Translations under genes and position numbers: made by a program
Notes under the pieces: generated by a model
The model's database searches: none
Told to the model about the DNA's origin: nothing
The model's input: the letters and a program-made list of their open reading frames with translations, nothing else
Shown: positions 19,698-27,482 of the stretch, piece by piece
How positions within the stretch are numbered: the stretch's first letter is position 1
Layout: every line of letters starts with the position of its first letter
Origin: a candidate division CPR2 bacterium GW2011_GWC2_39_10
Lineage (GTDB): Bacteria > Patescibacteriota > CPR2
Direction of reading: 5' to 3'
DNA: 64,000 nucleotides
Assembly (NCBI GenBank): GCA_000993275.1
Contig: LBVV01000009.1
Coordinates: 2,897-66,896, forward strand

Positions 19698-20648
19698 GTG
19701 ATACAGAATATTCATCTCCCAGAAATTAAAACAATTAAGGAAACCGGCAACCAAGGATCTTACTCCGTTGAGCCTCTTTATCCGGGCTACGGTATGACTC
19801 TTGGCAATTCGCTAAGAAGAGTGATTTTATCTTCTCTTCCGGGGTCTGCGGTGACTGCTGTTAAAATTGACGGGGTAACCCACGAGTTTACAACAATCCC
19901 TCATGTAAAAGAGGACATTGTTGAGATCATTCTTAACCTTAAGCAATTAACTGTCAAATCGCATTCTGAAGAAGAGCAGTATTTGTACTTAAGTGCTTCA
20001 GGTGAAGGCAAGGTAACTGCAAGGGATATCAAAGCCCCTTCTCAGGTAGAGATTTTAAATCCCGATCTTGAAATTGCCACTTTGGGCAATGCTAAAGCCA
20101 AGTTTGAAATGGAAATTAAAGTAGAGCAAGGCAGAGGCTATGTTCCGGTTGATAAAAGAGAAGGCGAAAAGTTACAAGTTGGCATGATTGCGATAGACGC
20201 TATTTATACGCCGGTTAAAAAGGTTCGTTATACCGTTGAAAGCACACGTGTCGGACAAATGACAGATCTTGACAAATTAATTATCGAACTTGAAACCGAT
20301 GGAACAATTTCTCCAAAGGAAGCAATTGTTCAAGCTTCAGAAATTTTAGTCAATCATTTCTTGGTTTTAGCCGGAAAAGAGGTTAAGGGTCAAGGTATGG
20401 TCACGGAAGGTGTGAAACCGGAAAAAAGTGCGGAAGACGCCGCTTCTAAAATTTTGGTTGAAGAAGTTAATCTTTCACCGCGCACTACTAATGCACTTCT
20501 AAACAACGATATCAAAACAATTGCCGATGTTCTAAATCTAACCGATGAAGAACTAAAAAGCCTTAAAGGCTTCGGCAACAAGGCTTATCAGGAAGTTAGA
20601 GAGAAGCTTGACGAATTAGGGTTTAATTTTGAGGTAGCTGGAGAGTAA
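19698..20648 (+). CDS. rpoA: DNA-directed RNA polymerase subunit alpha
   Basis: GTG start. PLYPGYGMTLGNSLRRVILSSLPGSAVTAVKIDGV... and a C-terminal domain LSPRTTNALLNNDIKTIADVLNLTDEELKSLKGFG. Confidence 0.96.
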   Translation: MIQNIHLPEIKTIKETGNQGSYSVEPLYPGYGMTLGNSLRRVILSSLPGSAVTAVKIDGVTHEFTTIPHVKEDIVEIILNLKQLTVKSHSEEEQYLYLSASGEGKVTARDIKAPSQVEILNPDLEIATLGNAKAKFEMEIKVEQGRGYVPVDKREGEKLQVGMIAIDAIYTPVKKVRYTVESTRVGQMTDLDKLIIELETDGTISPKEAIVQASEILVNHFLVLAGKEVKGQGMVTEGVKPEKSAEDAASKILVEEVNLSPRTTNALLNNDIKTIADVLNLTDEELKSLKGFGNKAYQEVREKLDELGFNFEVAGE

Positions 20649-20649
20649 A

Positions 20650-21141
20650 ATGCATAGACACAAATACGTCGGTCGAAAATTTGGAAGAGAAAAAGGCCCA
20701 AGAGAAGCTTTAATTAAGAACTTGGCAACCTCTTTAATTCTTCACGAAAGAATAGAAACCACTTTGGCGAAAGCAAAAGAAATTAGGCCTGTTGTAGAAA
20801 AAATTATTACCAAGGGCAAAAAAGGCGATTTAGCTGCCAGAAGACAGCTTCTAAAAAAACTGCCTGAAAATGCTGCTGCAAAAGTTATAGAAAAACTATC
20901 TGTTGAATATAAAGAAACTCCCGGCGGTTATACCAGAATTTTAAAAACCGGGTTTCGAGGTGGGGATGGAGCACCAACAGCAATAATTGAATTTACCGGA
21001 GCCGAAGTTGCCATCAAAGAAGAGAAAAAGGCCAGAGAGGCTAAAAAGGAAGCCAGAAAAGTAAAGAAAGAGACTAAAGAAAAAAAGCCGGCCGCAAAGA
21101 AGAAAGAAATAGCCAAAAAGCTTAAAGGAGCTTCGAAATGA
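20650..21141 (+). CDS. rplQ: 50S ribosomal protein L17 with K-rich C-terminal tail
   Basis: MHRHKYVGRKFGREKGPREALIKNLATSLILHERIETTLAKAKE...GGYTRILK, then a ~45-aa KE-rich tail. Confidence 0.95.
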   Translation: MHRHKYVGRKFGREKGPREALIKNLATSLILHERIETTLAKAKEIRPVVEKIITKGKKGDLAARRQLLKKLPENAAAKVIEKLSVEYKETPGGYTRILKTGFRGGDGAPTAIIEFTGAEVAIKEEKKAREAKKEARKVKKETKEKKPAAKKKEIAKKLKGASK

Positions 21142-21563
21142 AAACATACGTAACTAAACCGGCGGAAATAGTTAGAAAATGGTATTTGATTGACGGAAAC
21201 GATGTAGTTTTAGGACGTCTGTCAACAAATGTTGCCGATCTGCTTCGGGGTAAAAGAAAAGCTCATTTTTCCCCATCAGTTGATTGCGGCGACTTTGTAG
21301 TGGTTATTAATGCTTCTCAAATTAAAACCACCGGAAACAAAGAAGAAAAGAAAAAATATTACAGACATTCATGGTATCCGGGCGGGCTTAAAGAAGCAAC
21401 TTTAAGAGAAGTTAAAGCAAAAGACGACAGAATACCCTTATTTTTAGCGGTTAAGGGAATGCTGCCCAAAAATAAACTGCAAAATGAAATGTTAAAAAGG
21501 TTAAAAATATACTCTGGTAGCGACCATCCGCATACCCAGCAATTAGAAGAATACAAAGTATAA
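21138..21563 (+). CDS. rplM: 50S ribosomal protein L13
   Basis: KWYLIDGNDVVLGRLSTNVADLLRGKRKAHFSPSVDCGDFVVVINA. Confidence 0.96.
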   Translation: MKTYVTKPAEIVRKWYLIDGNDVVLGRLSTNVADLLRGKRKAHFSPSVDCGDFVVVINASQIKTTGNKEEKKKYYRHSWYPGGLKEATLREVKAKDDRIPLFLAVKGMLPKNKLQNEMLKRLKIYSGSDHPHTQQLEEYKV

Positions 21564-21623
21564 ATCAAAAGTCAAAATGCATAAAGAATTATATTCAAAA
21601 ATCACTATCTAAATACCCTTAAC

Positions 21624-21654
21624 TGTCATTCCCGCGGAGGCGGGAATCCAGAAG
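21624..21654 (+). repeat. Family B hairpin repeat (gtcattcc...ggaatcc) inside the rplM-rpsI spacer
   Basis: tgtcattcccgcggaggcgggaatccagaag. 8-bp stem attcccgc / gcgggaat. Confidence 0.85.
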
Positions 21655-21707
21655 CCTAAAATAGGCAATAAGGATTAGTGAAAGAAAAACCCCAAGAGGA
21701 GACATTA

Positions 21708-22118
21708 ATGGTTGAAGAAAAAAAACAAGTCAAAAAACAATACTACTACGGCTTAGGAAGACGAAAAGAAGCTATTTCTAAAGTTAGGCTATATATTGGA
21801 AAAGGTGAATTTACTATAAACGGAAAGAAAATTGAAGAAATATTTAGTGCTTATTTAATTCAAAGACTAATTCAGCCCCTAAAGTTAACCGGAACAGAAA
21901 ATAAATTTGATATTTCTGTTGTTTCCTCAAGCGGAGGCAAAACCGGTCAAGCAGAAGCCACCAGGCTAGGAATTTCCAGAGCTCTAATAGAATTTAATCC
22001 GGAACTCAGGACCACTCTTAAAAAAGCCGGATTCTTAACCAGAGATCCAAGAGAAAAAGAAAGAAAGAAATACGGCCTAAAAAGAGCCAGAAAAGCACCA
22101 CAATTTGCAAAAAGATAA
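21708..22118 (+). CDS. rpsI: 30S ribosomal protein S9
   Basis: Preferred start is ATG 21708 (gaggag 7 nt upstream). YYYGLGRRKEAISKVRL...GGKTGQAEATRLGISRAL...RDPREKERKKYGLKRARKAPQFAKR. Confidence 0.95.
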   Translation: MVEEKKQVKKQYYYGLGRRKEAISKVRLYIGKGEFTINGKKIEEIFSAYLIQRLIQPLKLTGTENKFDISVVSSSGGKTGQAEATRLGISRALIEFNPELRTTLKKAGFLTRDPREKERKKYGLKRARKAPQFAKR

Positions 22119-22124
22119 AAAAAA

Positions 22125-22146
22125 CCACTCGAAAGAGTGGTTTTTT
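22125..22146 (+). terminator. Rho-independent terminator closing the ribosomal supercluster
   Basis: ccactc-gaaa-gagtgg hairpin followed by tttttt, 7 nt after the rpsI stop. Confidence 0.8.
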
Positions 22147-22190
22147 AGTAAACAGTTAATGGCAAGCAGAAACCACCCTCATTTTTGCTT

Positions 22191-22451
22191 TGTCAATCCG
22201 GACATTCCTTTAGAAAATACAATCAAGTGATCCGGAATCCAGAAAGAAAAAAATATCAATCCTGTCCTTTTCTGAAGCAAAAAGTAACTGCTCACAATCC
22301 TGCATTTTATGTTCATATATTATATTAAACTATTTATGTCATACCAAACTTGATTTGGGATCCACTTGTTCAGTTAAATATCGAGCTTTCTGGATTCCGG
22401 ATCAAGTCCGGAATGACAAGAAAGGGGGGGGTGATTGTGAGCAGTTACAGC
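22191..22451. repeat. Composite repeat patch (family B long and short copies plus the gtaactgctcacaatc module in both orientations)
   Basis: 22191-22245 tgtcaatccggacattcc...gatccggaatccagaaag. 22284-22299 gtaactgctcacaatc. 22386-22420 is the reverse complement of gtcattccggacttgatccggaatccagaaag. 22433-22448 gattgtgagcagttac. Confidence 0.85.
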
Positions 22452-22798
22452 AAAAAATATTGATTTTTGGCCATATTTATGATAAAATATAAAATCAATC
22501 AAAATGTAACTTTGCAAAAAAATAAAAAAAGTGGAATGAATTTAGGAGGGGATTCGGATGTAATTGAAATGGTATCTCGTTTTGTTTGCAAGTTTCGTTG
22601 TGTGCGGACTGTTTTATTGGTACATAAGAAAGATCAATAAGGTAAGGGCTTTAGAACTCTGGAGATTACAGATTACAGATTCTATTATGGAAAATGGACT
22701 TTCAACAGTAGAAATGGGGGAACGAGGCGCGTAGGTAGAAATCCAACTTGCTTAAGATGTGTAAATTGTTTATGATAATTTAGTAAATAGGAGCAAGA

Positions 22799-23188
22799 AT
22801 GGGCGATCTCTCAGTTGCAATTTTGATATGTTTAATAATAGTTATTCTGATTTATTCCATACCATATCGTATTGTGGGAGATGTAATTGGTTTTATTCCG
22901 CGACATGCGATATCAAACTATCCAGAAATAGCTAAGAAATATTTCGGCTCAGAAATCGCTAATTTAACCTCTATGATAGCCATCTCTGGTGGAATATTTA
23001 GGTATAAAACTAAAATAAAGCAAATTAAAAGTTTTCTAAATGATACAGACTGTTCTCAGGATCCAAGGCTTGTGAAACTTGTCAAAAGGCTTAATATTTT
23101 TTTAGTGATGCGAAAGATCTATTTTGGATTACTAATTATGTTAACTATTTATTTCTTTATTTTTCTTTATCTAACATCGATGAGATAG
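22799..23188 (+). CDS. Hypothetical membrane protein
   Basis: 129 aa, hydrophobic N- and C-terminal segments, RBS aggag upstream. No family recognised. Confidence 0.45.
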   Translation: MGDLSVAILICLIIVILIYSIPYRIVGDVIGFIPRHAISNYPEIAKKYFGSEIANLTSMIAISGGIFRYKTKIKQIKSFLNDTDCSQDPRLVKLVKRLNIFLVMRKIYFGLLIMLTIYFFIFLYLTSMR

Positions 23189-23239
23189 TTGCAAGAAAAG
23201 GCTATTGGGTCTATTTATTATTTTCATAAAAGATTTTAT

Positions 23240-23455
23240 CTTTTGCCACTTTTTGGAAAGTGGCGTAAAACTTTCGGCTGTCTTCGCCAAAGTGTCGGAA
23301 GTAGCACTCATTCTTTCTCAAAAAAATTGCCGCTCCTCCGGATCGCCCTCACGCCCAGCTAAAGCTGGCCTCCGGTAGGAATTTTTTTGAGATAGTCATT
23401 CGTTTCTTCCTCTCTTTGGCTGCGGAGGCCGATTTAGGACTCGTAAAATCGAAGA
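23240..23455 (+). repeat. Family C intergenic element, divergent copy
   Basis: Begins ttgccactttttggaaagtggcg (hairpin as in the other copies). Contains tctcaaaaaaatt ... aatttttttgaga inverted pair. Confidence 0.55.
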
Positions 23456-23467
23456 TTTTTTGGTAAT

Positions 23468-24028
23468 ATGAAGTCAAAAGGAGCATTGGTGAAAATAAAA
23501 GATAATAGTGACTTGTTTAATGAATGTAAAGACGCCTTTAGGTTAGAAACGTTATCCGTTTACTCAATACCTGAAGAGGAAAAATACCTCCAATTATATT
23601 ATGATGGCAAGCCACTACCACCACAAGAATGTTGTATGACTGAATGGCACACAATGTTAACAAAAGCGAAAGAAAGAGGCGCCTCTTTTAAAAGATTGAG
23701 GTCTTTACCGGAAAGTTTTAATAACTACATAAGAGCCGAAATTGAATGGGGCTACATATATAATGCCGAATTCGGTGAAAATATAAGAATGATTACTCCT
23801 AGTTTGATAAAAGAGAAAGTTAGCAAGGAAAAACTTGTAGATTTTTGGATTTTTGATAATGCTTCAGTTTTACTAATGAATTACGATACGGAAGGTCATT
23901 TCCTTGGCAGCAATCTAGTGGATGACTTCAGGGAAGTTGATAAATATATAAAGATAAAAGAGTTGCTATGGCCGCTAGGCCAGAAGCTGGAAGATTTTTT
24001 AAAAGAATATCGCGCTAAAAAGTATTAA
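23468..24028 (+). CDS. Hypothetical protein, possibly DUF6879-like
   Basis: 186 aa. The pattern AFRLETLSVY...W...GASFKRLRSLP...YIRAEIEWGYIYNAEFGENIRM...DFWIFD resembles that family as I remember it. Unverified. Confidence 0.4.
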   Translation: MKSKGALVKIKDNSDLFNECKDAFRLETLSVYSIPEEEKYLQLYYDGKPLPPQECCMTEWHTMLTKAKERGASFKRLRSLPESFNNYIRAEIEWGYIYNAEFGENIRMITPSLIKEKVSKEKLVDFWIFDNASVLLMNYDTEGHFLGSNLVDDFREVDKYIKIKELLWPLGQKLEDFLKEYRAKKY

Positions 24029-24205
24029 AACTCGACAAATTTGTGGTTTTTTTGCTATAATTAAGCCATGAATTTATATTGTGCAATTTTTTTATAAGTT
24101 CTAGATTCCCGATCGGGTCGGGAATGACGAAGGGAAAGCAGATTCCGGCTTTTATCTAAAGAGGGTAGGCACGTAAAGACTTGTTTATTGCTTATTGCTT
24201 TTTGT

Positions 24206-25126
24206 TTATTTTTTAACTAGTGGTAATGTACAGCATCTAAAGCCTGCTCCGGTTTTGGGGGCTTCGTCAAATTTTACCGGAATAATTTTTATGTTCATAT
24301 CAGTTAAAAGTTTAATTAATCTTGTTGCATTGTGCCGCATAATAATTGTGTTCGGGTCAATTACCAAAACGTTGGAAAATAGGGCGTCTTGTTCTTCCCT
24401 CGAGATATCAATTAACGCGTAATTATCTAAAATCTCTTGAGGAATTTCTTTTAAACCATTTTTATAAATCAGGGCCTTGCCAGCGACAATTGGGCCAAAA
24501 GTACAGTCTAGGTGCAGACATTCTTCGTCGTCTTCCGGTAGTTTCATGAATACGGGAATAACTTTATATTTGGTATCCCTTAAAGCATCTTTCAAAAAAT
24601 TTAAGCCTTCTTCAGTTGATCTTTGACCGATTCCACAAAAAACAAAACCTTTGTCCAAAATTATGTCGCCGCTTTCTAAAATTATCCCTTCGGGAATTCG
24701 AATAATTTTATCTTCAGGAATTAAATCCAAAATATCTTTTAAGGCTTCCCATTCCCGTTTACGGCTTATCTTTTTCATGTTGCAGATAAAAAACAAATCG
24801 CCGATAACAAAGGCAATGTCGCGGGGTGGAAGCTGGTCGCATACGCCGGTAGAACAGGGCAATGGAAGCAAGTGCCGAACGTGAACGCCTAAATCCTTCA
24901 AAACCAATTCTAAACCGTCAAATTCCTTTTTTAAACTTTCGGCCGTAGGTTTATCGTCAGAGAAATAATATTTTTTTTGAGTATTATTAACTATTTCCAA
25001 AGTTTTAGGGTCAGAAAGGAAATTATCCGGATAGCCAATTACCACATCCCTTAAAGTGTCCGTTTCATTCAAGCAATGGGGGATTAAGTTTTCTTTTTTA
25101 TTTTTAGTAATTATTTCTTCTTTCAT
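24206..25126 (-). CDS. Amidinotransferase / DDAH / arginine-deiminase-superfamily enzyme
   Basis: 306 aa. CLHLDCTFGPI and C-terminal GAGFRCCTLPL (catalytic Cys context) are typical of guanidino-group-modifying enzymes. Confidence 0.65.
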   Translation of the reverse strand: MKEEIITKNKKENLIPHCLNETDTLRDVVIGYPDNFLSDPKTLEIVNNTQKKYYFSDDKPTAESLKKEFDGLELVLKDLGVHVRHLLPLPCSTGVCDQLPPRDIAFVIGDLFFICNMKKISRKREWEALKDILDLIPEDKIIRIPEGIILESGDIILDKGFVFCGIGQRSTEEGLNFLKDALRDTKYKVIPVFMKLPEDDEECLHLDCTFGPIVAGKALIYKNGLKEIPQEILDNYALIDISREEQDALFSNVLVIDPNTIIMRHNATRLIKLLTDMNIKIIPVKFDEAPKTGAGFRCCTLPLVKK

Positions 25127-25213
25127 AGGTTCTAGAAGATTTTATCAAGGAAAGGGCTAGGTGTTAAGACGATTTTTCATAAATGCTATTTAGTGGTGTT
25201 TTTCTCACATTTC

Positions 25214-25414
25214 CGTCATTCCGGACATTCATTTAAAAAGTACAATCATTTGATCCGGAATCCATTCTTTTTTAAAGTACTTTCTTTTCCACTTTTGGCA
25301 GCAAAAGTGGAGCAAAACTGCCGACACGCTACAAAATCGGATTAGCACATAAGGCTCATTCACTCTCAAAAAGTCGAACTCGTCGTGCATCTCGATTTTT
25401 CCGCTACAGTCGGA
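25214..25414 (+). repeat. Family B long hairpin (25214-25267) followed by family C element copy (25287-25414)
   Basis: 25287-25384 is identical, by my reading, to 31450-31547 (ttccacttttggcagcaaaagtggagcaaaactgccgacacgctacaaaatcggattagcacataaggctcattcactctcaaaaagtcgaactcgtc). Both end in ...tttttccgctacagtcgga. Confidence 0.9.
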
Positions 25415-25484
25415 CAAAAGAAGGGAAATTTGATTTAAAGGCAAAAATTATTTTTTTAATCAATTCTTTGCTATAATAACATTA

Positions 25485-25811
25485 ATGAAAAAGCGGCGGA
25501 TAAAATTTATCTTAAAAGCAACGGATTTTGTTTTGCTAACATTTATTCTTTTTCCGATGGCTTTTTATATTAATCGAATTTATGGTTGCGATGCTTGTCA
25601 TTTAAATTTCATTCAGAACCTCTTAAAATCTATTGCCCAATACTTAATCAAGGTTCAGGTTTTAGTGTTTGCGCCGGCCTTAGTCGTTTTTTTTATCCCG
25701 TTTTCCATTGTCATGGAATGGGCAAGCGGCAGTCCCAGGGAATGGAAGCTGACTGCATATATCGCTTGCATCATTAGTCTTATGGCTCTAATGTATTTTG
25801 TGTTTACATAA
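25485..25811 (+). CDS. Hypothetical membrane protein
   Basis: 108 aa with three hydrophobic segments. No family recognised. Confidence 0.4.
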   Translation: MKKRRIKFILKATDFVLLTFILFPMAFYINRIYGCDACHLNFIQNLLKSIAQYLIKVQVLVFAPALVVFFIPFSIVMEWASGSPREWKLTAYIACIISLMALMYFVFT

Positions 25812-25869
25812 AATACAATTGGCACTTATGAAGCGACCATGGTAAAATAGTTTTTAGTTAAGGAGGGAT

Positions 25870-26265
25870 ATGGGTTATATCGACAAAATTGCTTCTTCAT
25901 TTGCAAACTACCTGGTTGCGGTTTGGCAGCAGATTAGTTGGATTTTTACTACGGATACAATTAAAATGAAGCCGCTGTTATTTTTGGATATTATTTTAGT
26001 GGCCTTTGTTTTCTATTGGATTTACATTTTTCTTAAAAAAACCACAGCTTCACGATTCCTACCCGGGTTCCTCGCATTTTCTGTTTTTGCCGGCCTTGGT
26101 TATCTTTTTGATTTAAATGCCGTTGCTTGGTTATTTTCTAAAATGTTTTTAGTCATAATTGTGGCAATTCCCATAATATTTCAACCGGAAATTAGGGAAG
26201 CATTAAGTTTGATGTCAAAGAAAAAATCTTTGGTTAACGCTCCGATTAATAAGGAAGATAGATGA
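25870..26265 (+). CDS. CdaA (diadenylate cyclase) N-terminal membrane domain only; DAC domain absent
   Basis: FLDIILVAFVFYWIYIFLKKTTASRFLPG...WLFSKMFLVIIVAIPIIFQPEIREAL parallels the three-TM N-terminus of CdaA up to the FQPELRRALEQLG hinge. The ORF stops 24 aa later. ATGA overlap with the cdaR-like gene. Confidence 0.7.
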   Translation: MGYIDKIASSFANYLVAVWQQISWIFTTDTIKMKPLLFLDIILVAFVFYWIYIFLKKTTASRFLPGFLAFSVFAGLGYLFDLNAVAWLFSKMFLVIIVAIPIIFQPEIREALSLMSKKKSLVNAPINKEDR

Positions 26266-27482
26266 AGTACATAACCAATAATTTTTTTGTTAAATTTTTA
26301 TGTTTGGTGCTTGCCTTTGTTTTTTGGGTTTTTGTGATGGCAGCTGACACCAGAATGGGTTATTTCCCCAAAGAAATCGAGGTAAAAGTTAGAAATATTG
26401 CTAACGGTCTTGCGGTAGTGGAGGATACTGTTCCAATAAAAATTAAAGTAAAAGCTCCCTTAACCGTATATAATAAATTAAATGATAAAAGTTTTGAGGC
26501 TTACGTGGACGCTTCCAGTATAAAAGAAGCCGGGGCCGAAAATTTAGATATTAAAATTGATTCAAAGGAAGCGGGTGTTCAGGTAGTAGGGTCGGACCCT
26601 AAATCCTTCCTATTAAAATTGGAAGATGAAGAAACTAAAAAAATGGCTATAACCCTAAGCCATAAGGGAAAACCGTCTGATGATTATAAAGTTGGAACCG
26701 GGGAAATTTCGACAAAAGACGTTATAGTGACCGGTTCCCCTACAAAATTAAAAAAAATAGCAGATGTTGTGGCGTTGATAGAGTTAAAGGGTAATGAAAA
26801 AGGAAATATTGATGCCGACATGCCGGTAGTCGCTTTAGACGAAGATAACAATACCATTAATTATCTGGTTTTTGATCCGGAAATTGTGGGTGTTAAGATG
26901 GCCATTATTCCAAAGGTGGTGTCTAAATCCGTTGGTATAAAAGTGAACTTAACAGGTGAGGCGGCTAAAGGCTACTGGGTAAGCAAGATAAAAACCGATC
27001 CGGAGATTGTGGCCGTTAAAGGAGAGCTTGAAAAAATAAAAAATATGGAATATGTGGAAACTGAAAAAATTGATTTGGTGGGGAATTCGCAAACTATGAT
27101 TGCTCGTGCTAAGTTTCAGTTGCCGGAAGGTGTAAAAGTGGCAGATAATATAGACAAAGTTAATGTCCAAATTTTTATTTCTAAAATTGATGCTACCAAA
27201 ACCATATCGCCCGCGGTAAACTTTAAAAGGGGAAATCCGAAATATAAAGCGGAGACCTTAAATATGCCGGCCGTTACCTTGTCCGGTTCGCAAGCCGCCC
27301 TAAATGCCGCTACTTCTGAAAATGTTGTTTTGAATATAGATTTGTCAAGTTACGGACCGGGCGAGCAAAAAATTCAAATTAAAAAAGAAATGGTGACAGT
27401 TTCTGGTGAAGTTGAAGTGACTAAAGTTTTACCGGAGTTTATAACAATAAAAATAACGGAGATAGCAACACCAACCCCATGA
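26262..27482 (+). CDS. cdaR: YbbR-domain protein (CdaR-like)
   Basis: 406 aa. N-terminal anchor FFVKFLCLVLAFVFWVFV followed by four repeated ~85-aa YbbR-like modules. Canonical position after cdaA. Confidence 0.75.
   Translation: MKYITNNFFVKFLCLVLAFVFWVFVMAADTRMGYFPKEIEVKVRNIANGLAVVEDTVPIKIKVKAPLTVYNKLNDKSFEAYVDASSIKEAGAENLDIKIDSKEAGVQVVGSDPKSFLLKLEDEETKKMAITLSHKGKPSDDYKVGTGEISTKDVIVTGSPTKLKKIADVVALIELKGNEKGNIDADMPVVALDEDNNTINYLVFDPEIVGVKMAIIPKVVSKSVGIKVNLTGEAAKGYWVSKIKTDPEIVAVKGELEKIKNMEYVETEKIDLVGNSQTMIARAKFQLPEGVKVADNIDKVNVQIFISKIDATKTISPAVNFKRGNPKYKAETLNMPAVTLSGSQAALNAATSENVVLNIDLSSYGPGEQKIQIKKEMVTVSGEVEVTKVLPEFITIKITEIATPTP

Noticed and set aside
25229-25444. 71-aa minus-strand ORF, plus 39604-39804 (plus strand) and 51521-51703 (minus strand).
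   Set aside because: All lie entirely within family B/C repeat copies, and the reading frames are not conserved between copies.
21600-25450. Possible CRISPR array, suggested by many short recurring hairpin repeats.
   Set aside because: The repeats are not identical, not regularly spaced and occur in both orientations. They are separated by genes, and no cas genes are present.
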